61,092 nucleotides of DNA from Gemmatimonadota bacterium (GTDB taxonomy: Bacteria > Gemmatimonadota > Gemmatimonadetes > Gemmatimonadales > GWC2-71-9), in assembly GCA_039590195.1 (NCBI GenBank), contig JBDHFY010000001.1, forward strand, positions 1 through 61,092. Direction: 5' to 3'. Shown here piece by piece: positions 18,286 to 27,355 of this stretch. The notes below the pieces were generated by a model. It was not told the origin of the DNA. It was given only the letters and a program-made list of their open reading frames with translations, and made no database searches. The position numbers and the translations under genes were made by a program. Position 1 is the stretch's first letter. Each line of letters starts with the position of its first letter.

Positions 18286-20030
18286 TGGGGCGGATCGCCA
18301 TCCTGCCTGCCCCCGTTGCGGATCAGATCGCCGCCGGTGAGGTAATCGAGCGCCCTGCGTCGGTAGTGAAGGAACTCGTGGAAAACGCGTTGGACGCCGG
18401 TGCGACCGAGATTACCATCGAACTCCAAGGCGGTGGACGGACCTGCATTGCCGTGAGCGACGACGGAGTCGGTATGGATTCCGACGACGCGAGACTTGCC
18501 ATCGACCGCCATGCGACGAGCAAAATTCGCCGGGTGGCGGACCTGATTGGTGTTCCCACGTACGGATTTCGCGGCGAGGCTCTTGCGGCCATCGCGTCCG
18601 TCTCGAAATTCGCGATCGAGACGGCGCTGGCGGAGAACAATGACGGGTCCGGCGAAGCAACACGGGTTGTCGTCGATGGCGGAAAGTCGGGCGGTGTCGA
18701 AGTCACAGCGAGACAACGGGGCACCACGGTGACGGTGGAGCGGCTCTTCTACAATACTCCAGCCCGCCGGAAATTTCTCAGGAGCCAGGCGAGCGAGACA
18801 CGGGCCGTCGTGCAGGCGGTGACGGTGCTTGCACTGGCGAGACTCGATGTCGCCTTCAAGCTCCTGAGCGACAAGCGCACGCTGATCGACGTTCCCCGAA
18901 CGTCCGACACGGTAGAGCGCATCGAGGCACTGTTTGGACGGAGAATGGCCGAGAGCCTCGTGCCGGTGGACTATCACTCGGGACCATTGTCGGTGCGTGG
19001 GTTCGTGCAACGACCGGCTGATGCCAAGCCCACGGGTCGCAAGGCGTTTCTGTTCGTCAACGGTCGCCCTTTCCGGGATCCGTTTCTCGTTCGAGCCGCC
19101 GAAGCCGGTTACCGAGCAACCATCAACCCCGGATGTCGCCCCACGATGTTTCTTTCACTTGGCTTGCCGGGCGACGCCGTGGACGTCAATGTGCATCCAA
19201 CTAAGCTCGAAGTGCGATTTCGGGACCGTCGCTTCGTGGAGGGGAGTGTGGAGGAGGGGGTGCGCGTCGCACTGGGAGGCTTTGGATCTGCGGCGGTAGT
19301 GTGGGGCGGTGGCGAGGGCAGTTTGCAGGGGGCGCCGTCGGCCAGGTCGAATTTCCCCTCAGCCGACGAGCGAGCGGCGACCGTGGGATGGACCGGGTCC
19401 ATGTTCGACACCGCCGAGGTTGGGACCACGGGCGCTGCCGCGCAAGCGCCGATCGGCGATCAGCTGAGAGAGCTGCTGCAGGTCTTCCGAACGTACATCG
19501 TCCTCGAGACCCCCGAGGGCGTGGCGTTCGTCGATCAGCACTCGGCGCACGAGCGCATTCTGTACGAAGAAGCCCTGACGCAACTCAAGGGAGAGGGCGC
19601 CGCCGCTCAGCGGTTGCTACTGCCGCTCACCATTGACCTCGACGCTAGAGAGTTTGAAGCGGTGGAAGCCAACCGCGATCTCCTCAGAGCCATTGGATAC
19701 GAGATCGACGAGTTTGGAGGACGTTCCGTAGTGGTGCACGCGGTTCCCAACCCCCACCCCCGTTTCGACGCGAAGCGATGCTGTGAGGAGCTGGCAGCCG
19801 ACATGGCGCGTGGAAGATTCGGAGGGTGGGCGAATCGTCTCGAGCGCTTTGCCGCCACGTATGCGTGCCGTGCCGCGATCAAAGCGGGGCACGTGCTCGA
19901 GGCAGGTGAGCGGCGACATTTGCTCAACCGCCTGTTTGCGTGTGAGCTTCCGCCCCACGACGTACACGGTCGACCAACAATCGTGCAGCTCCCCCGGGAC
20001 GAGTTGGAGAAACGCTTTGGGCGAAGCTAA
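18285..20030 (+). CDS. mutL: DNA mismatch repair endonuclease MutL
   Basis: IAAGEVIERPASVVKELVENALDAGA, GFRGEAL, DVNVHPTK, DQHSAHER, CRAAIKAG. Confidence 0.97.
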   Translation: MGRIAILPAPVADQIAAGEVIERPASVVKELVENALDAGATEITIELQGGGRTCIAVSDDGVGMDSDDARLAIDRHATSKIRRVADLIGVPTYGFRGEALAAIASVSKFAIETALAENNDGSGEATRVVVDGGKSGGVEVTARQRGTTVTVERLFYNTPARRKFLRSQASETRAVVQAVTVLALARLDVAFKLLSDKRTLIDVPRTSDTVERIEALFGRRMAESLVPVDYHSGPLSVRGFVQRPADAKPTGRKAFLFVNGRPFRDPFLVRAAEAGYRATINPGCRPTMFLSLGLPGDAVDVNVHPTKLEVRFRDRRFVEGSVEEGVRVALGGFGSAAVVWGGGEGSLQGAPSARSNFPSADERAATVGWTGSMFDTAEVGTTGAAAQAPIGDQLRELLQVFRTYIVLETPEGVAFVDQHSAHERILYEEALTQLKGEGAAAQRLLLPLTIDLDAREFEAVEANRDLLRAIGYEIDEFGGRSVVVHAVPNPHPRFDAKRCCEELAADMARGRFGGWANRLERFAATYACRAAIKAGHVLEAGERRHLLNRLFACELPPHDVHGRPTIVQLPRDELEKRFGRS

Positions 20031-20937
20031 GCCCGTTATCCCCGTCATTGTCGGTCCAACGGCGGTGGGGAAGACCGCAGTTGTTGCTGCGCTCGCTCGT
20101 CACTGGTGCATTACTGTCATCTCAGCAGACTCCCGGCAGGTCTACAGGGGCTTGGACATTGGCACGGCAAAACCGAGTTCCGACCTGTTGGAGCGGGTAC
20201 CACATCTGGGGTTAGACCTCATCGAGCCGGGCCAGCGCTACAGCGCCGGACGGTTTGCCCGCGACGCGACACGCTGGACGCATGAACTGAACGGCGATCG
20301 CCAGGCACTGGTGGTGGGCGGGACCGGCTTTTACATCCGTGCCTTCGCCGACGGGCTGTTTAAGGAGCCCCCGATGGATGTGGGGACACGGGAACGTTTT
20401 CGGATCTGGGCGGCGCGCGCCAGCGGATTGGGCCGTTGGGCCGCCCGCCTCGACCCCGACTATCACGGGGGAGGACGGCAGCGGGCCGCGCGAACGGTGG
20501 AGGTGGCGCTGCTGACGGGTCGTCCGTTGTCGTGGTGGCAGCGGCTGGCGAAGAGAGAGGGGGCCATGCATCCGTGGTACGTGCGGCTTACGGTGCCCAG
20601 GGCGTATCTGCATGCACGAATCTCCCAGCGCGTTCATCAAATGCTCGAAGCGGGGCTAGTCGCTGAGGTCGAGGGCCTGCTCAGCCGTGGGGTGGATGCT
20701 GGAGCAGCGGGGCTCGACGGCGTCGGCTATCGAGAGGTCGTGCGCCACCTCCGAGGCGATCTCTCGTTTGCCGAGCTTGCCGAGGCGATCGCCGCGAGCA
20801 CACGTCAGTATGCGAAGCGACAGGAGACGTGGCTCCGGCACCAGTTGACTGGCGACGCGGTTGTCAATTTGGATGCGACGACTTCTCCTGAAGATCTGGC
20901 AGAACAGATCGTAGAACGGTGGGAAGGGAGAACCTGA
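20017..20937 (+). CDS. miaA: tRNA dimethylallyltransferase
   Basis: GPTAVGKT, SADSRQVYRGLDIGTAKP, VGGTGFY, TRQYAKRQETW; probable TTG start at 20017. Confidence 0.96.
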   Translation: MGEAKPVIPVIVGPTAVGKTAVVAALARHWCITVISADSRQVYRGLDIGTAKPSSDLLERVPHLGLDLIEPGQRYSAGRFARDATRWTHELNGDRQALVVGGTGFYIRAFADGLFKEPPMDVGTRERFRIWAARASGLGRWAARLDPDYHGGGRQRAARTVEVALLTGRPLSWWQRLAKREGAMHPWYVRLTVPRAYLHARISQRVHQMLEAGLVAEVEGLLSRGVDAGAAGLDGVGYREVVRHLRGDLSFAELAEAIAASTRQYAKRQETWLRHQLTGDAVVNLDATTSPEDLAEQIVERWEGRT

Positions 20938-22064
20938 TGCGGATCGGCATTACCTGCTATCCAACATATGGTGGTTCCGGGGTGGTTGCCACTGAGTTGG
21001 GACTGGAGCTGGCCAAGCGCGGTCACGAGATCCACATAATCTCCTATGCGTCACCATTCCGGCTCCCCGGGTTTGCGGAAAATGTCTACTTTCACGGCGT
21101 GGATCTGAGCGGCACCTACCCGCTGCTGGAATACTTCCCCTATTCGTTGGCGCTTGCCGTGAAGCAACATGAGGTGGCACTGCGCGAGCAGCTGGATGTG
21201 CTACATGTCCATTACGCCGTTCCCCACGCGACGGCCGCCTTTCTGGCCCGGGAGATGATCCAACCGGATCACCCACTCAAAGTGGTAACGACGTTGCACG
21301 GCACCGATATCACGCTGGTTGGCCAGGAGAAGTCGTTCTTTACAGTGACGAAGTTCTCCATTGAGCAATCCGATGCCGTCACGACCGTGTCCGATTATCT
21401 CCGGGACGAGACGTACCGGGCGTTCGGCTGCGAAAAGTGTGGCATCGAGGTGATTCCCAACTTTGTAGATCTCGCCGAGCACTACCCTGAGAACGATTGC
21501 ACGTCTCGGAGCGCGTTGGCGCCGCCCGAGGCCAAAATGATAGTGCACGTTTCCAATTTCCGACCGGTCAAGCGGGTGCCCGAGGTCGTGCGCGTGTTTG
21601 CGGGGATCCGGAAGAAGATTCCCGCGGTGTTGGTGTTGGTGGGAGATGGGCCGGACCGCCCACAGGCAGAGACTATGGTCGAGGAGCTGAAGCTCCACGA
21701 CGATGTCCGTTTTCTGGGAAAGCTGAGTCCCGTGGCGGACATTCTCAGAGCGGCGGACTTGTTTCTTTTGCCCAGTGCCTCCGAGTCCTTCGGCTTGAGT
21801 GCGTTGGAAGCGATGGCGTGTGGCGTGCCCGTGATTGCCAGCGACGTTGGAGGGTTAGGGGAAGTCATGACCAATGGCCAGACCGGGATCCTCCGGCCAC
21901 CGGATGACCTGGACGGAATGGTGGACGAGGCCCTCGAGCTCTTGACCGACCGCGACAAATGGTGTCGCATTCGTGAGGCCGCGGTCGAAAGGGCGGCGTG
22001 TTTCACCCCGGACCGAATCGTTCCCAAGTACGAGGCTGTTTATCGGAAGGTTTTGGAACGGTGA
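20937..22064 (+). CDS. bshA: N-acetyl-alpha-D-glucosaminyl L-malate synthase (GT4)
   Basis: MRIGITCYPTYGGSGVVATELG, HVHYAVPHA, TTLHGTDIT, HVSNFRPVKR, ESFGLSALEAM. Confidence 0.93.
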   Translation: MRIGITCYPTYGGSGVVATELGLELAKRGHEIHIISYASPFRLPGFAENVYFHGVDLSGTYPLLEYFPYSLALAVKQHEVALREQLDVLHVHYAVPHATAAFLAREMIQPDHPLKVVTTLHGTDITLVGQEKSFFTVTKFSIEQSDAVTTVSDYLRDETYRAFGCEKCGIEVIPNFVDLAEHYPENDCTSRSALAPPEAKMIVHVSNFRPVKRVPEVVRVFAGIRKKIPAVLVLVGDGPDRPQAETMVEELKLHDDVRFLGKLSPVADILRAADLFLLPSASESFGLSALEAMACGVPVIASDVGGLGEVMTNGQTGILRPPDDLDGMVDEALELLTDRDKWCRIREAAVERAACFTPDRIVPKYEAVYRKVLER

Positions 22065-22849
22065 CGTGGTGGGAAGGTGTGGTGCTGGGAGTGGTGCAGG
22101 GTGTGACCGAGTTTCTCCCCGTGTCGAGCTCCGGTCACCTCGTCGTCGCGGAAGCGGCAATCGGACTTTCCACTCCGGGCGTGTTGGTCGAAGTCATTCT
22201 CCATGTGGCGACGCTCCTAGCGGTAGTCATTGTGTACCGAGATGCTCTGTGGAGACTGGTGCGGGGATCCTTCGTGGGCGACCGGAGCGCCCAGCGTTAC
22301 GTTGCGCTTCTGGCGGTGGGAACGGTGCCCGCTGCAGTAGCCGGTCTTTTCCTCAAGGATTTCTTCGAGCGGGCCTTTGACTCTCTGCTGTTGGTCGGCT
22401 GCAACTTTCTGGTGACCGGGATCGTGCTGTGGAGCACGCGGCGAAGGGGCGGCTCGGCAAATGCGACGTCAGCTACTCTTGCGGGGGCCGGCGCCATCGG
22501 AGCCGCCCAGGCCCTCGCGATCCTGCCTGGCATCTCCCGGTCGGGAATGACTGTGGGCATGGCGATCTGGCTCGGCATGGAACCGGTGCAGGCGGCCGAG
22601 TTCTCGTTCCTCCTGGCGATCCCCGCCATCCTTGGCGCCGCCGTGCTGCAGATTCCGGAACTCACGAACGAGGTCCACGCCGTGGGAACAGTGCCACTCG
22701 TGGTGAGTTTTGTGGTTGCCCTCGTCGCCGGAGTGGCGGCGATTCGCTTGCTCATTACACTTCTTCGGCAGAGAGCCTTTCACCGCTTCGCCCCGTATTG
22801 TTGGGGCATTGGGGGAGTCACCATCGCATGGGCGCTCTTGCGCAGATGA
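22061..22849 (+). CDS. uppP: Undecaprenyl-diphosphate phosphatase
   Basis: QGVTEFLPVSSSGHL, PGISRSG, AAEFSFLLAIP. Confidence 0.95.
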   Translation: MTWWEGVVLGVVQGVTEFLPVSSSGHLVVAEAAIGLSTPGVLVEVILHVATLLAVVIVYRDALWRLVRGSFVGDRSAQRYVALLAVGTVPAAVAGLFLKDFFERAFDSLLLVGCNFLVTGIVLWSTRRRGGSANATSATLAGAGAIGAAQALAILPGISRSGMTVGMAIWLGMEPVQAAEFSFLLAIPAILGAAVLQIPELTNEVHAVGTVPLVVSFVVALVAGVAAIRLLITLLRQRAFHRFAPYCWGIGGVTIAWALLRR

Positions 22850-23586
22850 AATACGACGGTCTCGACCCAGCCGCTGTGGCTGCACGTCTCAGGACGCCTC
22901 GGTGCCTCTGCCTCCCACAGGTAGTCAGCACGCTCAACATCGTTCAGGACCTGGCGGAAGAGGGCGGACCGGAGGGACTCCTGGTTCTTGCGGATGAGCA
23001 GGTGGCAGGGCGAGGGCGGATGGGGCGGCGCTGGCACAGCCCGCGGGGGGCGGGTATATGGTTGGGATACCTCATGCGGCCTCGGCAAGCGACCGGCGGT
23101 GGGGTCCTGGCGCTCCGCGTCGGCCTGGCGGTCCTCGAAGCGATCAGGAACTTGGGTGCTGAGGCGATGCTCAAGTGGCCCAACGACGTTGTCGTGAATG
23201 ACCGCAAACTGGCCGGCGTTCTGTGTGAGGCCAAATGGGCACAGGACAAGCTCCGGTGGGTGGCCATTGGCATCGGGGTGAACATCCACGGGCCGCTTCC
23301 CGCCGAGATCGCTCCCCGGGCAATCGCGCTGGAAGAAGTGCTACCAGCGGTGACCCGTCTCAGGGTTCTCGACGAGCTCATCCCGCTTCTGCATGGCTTG
23401 TCGCATCATCCGTCGTTGGCGGCGCTCGAACGGGCCACATACGCGCGATACGATTGGCTTGCGAACCGAAGAGTGGTTGAGCCCGTTGCCGGTACCGTGT
23501 GTGGGATCGACGGGGATGGTGCTCTCTTAGTCCAGACCGAAGGCGGAATGGAACGGGTGCTGGGAGGCAGCGTTGTCGCCGCGTGA
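22846..23586 (+). CDS. birA: Biotin-protein ligase, no N-terminal HTH
   Basis: ADEQVAGRGRMGRRWHSP, LKWPNDV, RKLAGVL, IGIGVN. Confidence 0.93.
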   Translation: MKYDGLDPAAVAARLRTPRCLCLPQVVSTLNIVQDLAEEGGPEGLLVLADEQVAGRGRMGRRWHSPRGAGIWLGYLMRPRQATGGGVLALRVGLAVLEAIRNLGAEAMLKWPNDVVVNDRKLAGVLCEAKWAQDKLRWVAIGIGVNIHGPLPAEIAPRAIALEEVLPAVTRLRVLDELIPLLHGLSHHPSLAALERATYARYDWLANRRVVEPVAGTVCGIDGDGALLVQTEGGMERVLGGSVVAA

Positions 23587-24547
23587 CCTTCCGGTCTGGG
23601 CTCGGGGCGCCACAGGACTGTTGGTACTGGCGGCCGGCTGGTTTGCGGGGCGATCGGAAAACTTGAGCGCGGCTCTCGGCTACTCAGTCGTGCAGGTCAG
23701 CGCCGGGGTTGTGGCCGTGTCCATCCTCTTGGGCATGCGTCTGCCCCTCGATCTTTGGCCGCGGGCTCCCAAGAGGCAGCAGGTTTCGATCCCCGCGGCA
23801 CTCGCCGTGGCGATCGTGATGGGTGGACTCATCCTCGTCTCCAGGCCGATCGGCCTGTCGAGCGTTCTTCTGGAGACGGACCTGCTGGGGATCTTAGCGA
23901 TCATCGCCGGGGGAACCGCTTGGGCGTTGGCGTGGGGCGTCACCAACCAGTCGCCATTCCTGCGGTGGTATGGCACGGCGGTCCTGGTGGCAGCGGCCCC
24001 GACGGTGCTGGCCGTCCTGGTGATGGTAACGCGGTATGGAGATCTGCCGACCGTGCGGGTATGGCCCCTCCTTCAGGTCGCGTCCTTCTTTCTGGTGGCG
24101 GGGGCAGCGGGCTCGCTGGTCACACAGGAGTTGGCATTCCGGCGCCTCCTCATCGGGCAGTCCGGGGATGCCGGTTTGCTGATGGTCATGGTCTCGGCGG
24201 TCCTGTTTGGACTGTGGCGCGCCGTCATTCCGGAGACCTCGGGAGGTTTTGGTCGCACGGTCTTGGTGATGTCCCTCAGCGGCTTCGTCATGGGCTCGCT
24301 GTACCTGCTCTCGCGTTCGCTGCTTGTTCCGGCGTTGTATCAGGGAGTGCAGAGTGGGATCACGCGAGGACTGCAGCTGAGCACCGTAGACGAGAGAGGC
24401 ACCGAGGCCTACACGGAAGGGCTCTGGCTCGTGGCCGCCGTTACCACCACCGCCATTGCGACGGTGATGGGGTACCACGTGCTGCGCCGCGCGGGCTTGC
24501 TAGGCTCTCTCAAACCTCATCGAGAAGCTGATGCTGCTGGCGGTTGA
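23573..24547 (+). CDS. Multi-pass membrane protein, degenerate CPBP/Abi family
   Basis: About 9-10 hydrophobic segments; QELAFRRLL resembles the CPBP EExxxR motif. Confidence 0.6.
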   Translation: MSPRDLPVWARGATGLLVLAAGWFAGRSENLSAALGYSVVQVSAGVVAVSILLGMRLPLDLWPRAPKRQQVSIPAALAVAIVMGGLILVSRPIGLSSVLLETDLLGILAIIAGGTAWALAWGVTNQSPFLRWYGTAVLVAAAPTVLAVLVMVTRYGDLPTVRVWPLLQVASFFLVAGAAGSLVTQELAFRRLLIGQSGDAGLLMVMVSAVLFGLWRAVIPETSGGFGRTVLVMSLSGFVMGSLYLLSRSLLVPALYQGVQSGITRGLQLSTVDERGTEAYTEGLWLVAAVTTTAIATVMGYHVLRRAGLLGSLKPHREADAAGG

Positions 24548-25310
24548 CATAGGGAACACCGAGATCACCCTCGGTCTGTTTACCGGTGACCGGCTCACGG
24601 CCCACTGGCGGCTCACCACTGTTACCAAGCGGACATCCGACGAATGGACCGCCACTTTCACGTCGTTTCTCGCGCAGGCGGGGCACTCGACCCACGAGGT
24701 TCGCAGCATCGTGTATGCGTCTGTTGCCCCGACCGTGACGGGGCCGCTCGCCGAGGGTGTGCGGCAAGCGGTGGGGACCGCTCCGACGGCGGTGGGCCCC
24801 GAGTCGAGCCTGCCGATCACACTGGACGTGGAGGATCCCCTGAGTGTCGGGGCTGACCGCGTCGTGAATACCCTCGCGGCAGCGGAGTTGTACCGCCGGG
24901 ACACTATCATCGTCGATTTCGGGACGGCCACTACTTTCGATTGTATCACCGGTAGTGGGAGATTCGTGGGCGGTGTGATTGCCCCCGGGCTCCAGACGGC
25001 GGCGGAGTATCTGACGCGGAAGACGGCGAAGTTGCCGGCGACGGAACTGGTGCCGCCGGAGCGGGTGATCGGAAAGCGGACGGAGGATTGCATCCGATCG
25101 GGCGTCCTCTTCGGCTCGGCCGACGCCGCTGACGGCATTGTGAGGCGGATCAAGGCCGAGTGGTCGGGAGAAGCGACGCCGTTCGTGGTGGCGACGGGGG
25201 GCCTCGCAGCCCACGTTGCCCCGTTGTCCCAAGAGGTGGAGAAAGTGGAGCCCAACCTGACATTGGTGGGTCTCATGTTTGCGGCCCGCCACCTGGGGCT
25301 CGAGTGGTGA
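24531..25310 (+). CDS. coaX: Type III pantothenate kinase
   Basis: LLAVDIGNT, VGADR, IVDFGTATTFD, GGVIAPG, VATGG. Confidence 0.96.
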   Translation: MLLAVDIGNTEITLGLFTGDRLTAHWRLTTVTKRTSDEWTATFTSFLAQAGHSTHEVRSIVYASVAPTVTGPLAEGVRQAVGTAPTAVGPESSLPITLDVEDPLSVGADRVVNTLAAAELYRRDTIIVDFGTATTFDCITGSGRFVGGVIAPGLQTAAEYLTRKTAKLPATELVPPERVIGKRTEDCIRSGVLFGSADAADGIVRRIKAEWSGEATPFVVATGGLAAHVAPLSQEVEKVEPNLTLVGLMFAARHLGLEW

Positions 25311-25375
25311 CGGCGGACCGTTGAACTGAGCACGGTCTGTAACTAACTTCCGGCGGCCGTTTCACGGAGAGTGAG

Positions 25376-25990
25376 ATGACATCTGCTGCAGAGATGACCG
25401 AAACGACCAACGCAGGCGTCCGGACGATCGTGGGAGGCGGCATCAAACTCGGTGTCGGCACGGTGGTGAGCGTTGTGATCTTCGCTCTCGTTACCCGCTG
25501 GTTGTCCGGCACGGCGGAAACGGTGGTGCAGTCGATTCTCATCATCCTCGCTGGATTGGTGTTCAGCTATCTCCCGTCGGTCTTGCTGCCGCCAAAGGAC
25601 GTGGATAGTGTGGCGTGGGCTTCGATGATCGGGCTGCTCGGTGCTCTCGCGTTTACCGTCATCGACACCATTCTGCTGCGCCCCATCCATCTGTATGACT
25701 GGAAGTGGGATGCCATCGGGGGCGGCAGCGGGTTCTGGTACGTCCCCGTGTGGTGGATGGGTGCGGCATTCCTCGCGTGGCTCGGCGCGTGGATCGTCGC
25801 CAACGGTTCGGAGAAGAGTGATGGAAACGTTGTCCAGGCAGCAGCCACCACGGCGGGCATCGCACTCGGAGTCGCGGTCGTGCTCATGCTCGTTCGCGTC
25901 GTACCCTTTCACGGTGCGAGCGTCGCCCTCGCGTTCACAATCGGCTTGATTCTTCACGTTCCCTTGTCGGCGGTAGTCAATCGAGAGTGA
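25376..25990 (+). CDS. Hypothetical integral membrane protein
   Basis: Six hydrophobic segments, aromatic loop YDWKWDAIGGGSGFWYVPVWW, GGAG RBS. Confidence 0.75.
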   Translation: MTSAAEMTETTNAGVRTIVGGGIKLGVGTVVSVVIFALVTRWLSGTAETVVQSILIILAGLVFSYLPSVLLPPKDVDSVAWASMIGLLGALAFTVIDTILLRPIHLYDWKWDAIGGGSGFWYVPVWWMGAAFLAWLGAWIVANGSEKSDGNVVQAAATTAGIALGVAVVLMLVRVVPFHGASVALAFTIGLILHVPLSAVVNRE

Positions 25991-26238
25991 CCCCGGTGCC
26001 GGCTCGCCGGCTTCTCATTGTCATTGGTTGGCTCGTTACTCCCCTTGTGGCGTGGGCAGCCGCCTTTCTGGGTGGATGGATAGGCGCGCGCTTTGGGGGA
26101 CTCATGGAATCCGCGAAATTGGGATTTGCCTTACTCGTGGGTGGGGCAGCTGTTGGGGCTTTGCTGACGACGACTGTTTGGGTGTGGGTACTGCGAAGAA
26201 GCCAGCCGGGTCGACAGGAGCGGGCTGGAGAGGAATGA
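25987..26238 (+). CDS. Small two-TM hypothetical protein
   Basis: GTGA overlap with the upstream gene; two hydrophobic helices. Confidence 0.6.
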   Translation: MTPVPARRLLIVIGWLVTPLVAWAAAFLGGWIGARFGGLMESAKLGFALLVGGAAVGALLTTTVWVWVLRRSQPGRQERAGEE

Positions 26239-26307
26239 AGAAGGCCCTCCCGGCCGGAAACTCACGCCGGCCCTCGGCCGACTCAACCGTGACGGAGGTC
26301 AATAATC

Positions 26308-27195
26308 ATGCGCGGACTGCTGACCATTGGCGCACTCAGCGTGGTTTTGTTCTCACCGACGGCGGCTGCTCAGGCGCCTGAGTCTGAGACCACCCGCATC
26401 GGAGACGGGGTCTATCAATTCCGGTTCCGCAGCCACAACAACGTCTTCGTGGTGACCTCCGAGGGGGTGGTGGCCTTCGATCCCATTTCCAGCGAAGCCG
26501 CCCGGCTGTACGCACGCGAGATTCGTCGCGTGGCACCTGACAGTCCACTGCTCGCCATCGTCTACAGCCACGATCATGCCGACCACACCACGGGAGCCGA
26601 CGTGCTGCGCACGGAACTTGGAGTCCAGCACGACGTTCCCATTATCGCGCACGAGGCCGCTCGCGCGAAAATCGAAGCAGCGGGGAATGCCGATCAGCCA
26701 CCCCCCGACGTGACCTTCTCCGGCTTGATGACGCTGTGGTTTGGTGGGCGACGCCTGGAGTTGCACTACCTCGGCAAGAGTCACAGCGACAATATGATCG
26801 TGGCGCTGCTTCCCGAGGAACGGATCGCCTTCGCGGTGGATTTCGTCTCCAACGACCGCGTGGGATTCCAGAGTCTCCCCGACTATCATTTTCCCGACTT
26901 CTTCGAGGCCCTCGAGCGATTGCGAGGACTCGACTTCGATACCATCGTGTTCGGGCACGGCCCGTCCGGTGATCGCGCCGCGATCGATAGGCAGATCCAG
27001 TACTACGCCGACGTGCGCAACGCCGTGACAGCCGCTCATCGGCGCGGTCTTACGGAGGACGAAGCGGCGGCTCAGATTCGGCTTCCGGCATACCAAGCGT
27101 GGGGGGCATACGAGGACTGGTTTGAACTCAATGTGCGGGCGATCTATCGCTGGGTCGCCGGGGGTGGGGGGGGTGGAGGGGGTGGGGGGGGCTGA
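26308..27195 (+). CDS. Secreted metallo-beta-lactamase-fold hydrolase
   Basis: Signal peptide ending AAA-Q, YSHDHADH, HSD, FGHG; GGAGG RBS; poly-Gly tail. Confidence 0.88.
   Translation: MRGLLTIGALSVVLFSPTAAAQAPESETTRIGDGVYQFRFRSHNNVFVVTSEGVVAFDPISSEAARLYAREIRRVAPDSPLLAIVYSHDHADHTTGADVLRTELGVQHDVPIIAHEAARAKIEAAGNADQPPPDVTFSGLMTLWFGGRRLELHYLGKSHSDNMIVALLPEERIAFAVDFVSNDRVGFQSLPDYHFPDFFEALERLRGLDFDTIVFGHGPSGDRAAIDRQIQYYADVRNAVTAAHRRGLTEDEAAAQIRLPAYQAWGAYEDWFELNVRAIYRWVAGGGGGGGGGGG
27160..27191 (+). repeat. G-rich low-complexity tract encoding poly-Gly
   Basis: GGGGGTGGGGGGGGTGGAGGGGGTGGGGGGGG immediately before the stop codon. Confidence 0.9.
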
Positions 27196-27355
27196 CGTGG
27201 GACGCTCGACGTCAACAATCGCCGTGCACGAGTCGTAGACTTCGTAGGACTATTGCTCAACAGCAAGGGTGGTTCCGGGGCCGCCCGCCCGGGAAGCCGA
27301 TGAGCGGACTCCGGGTCGCCGGACACTCGGTGGCACGCCTGGTTATATTCATGCC

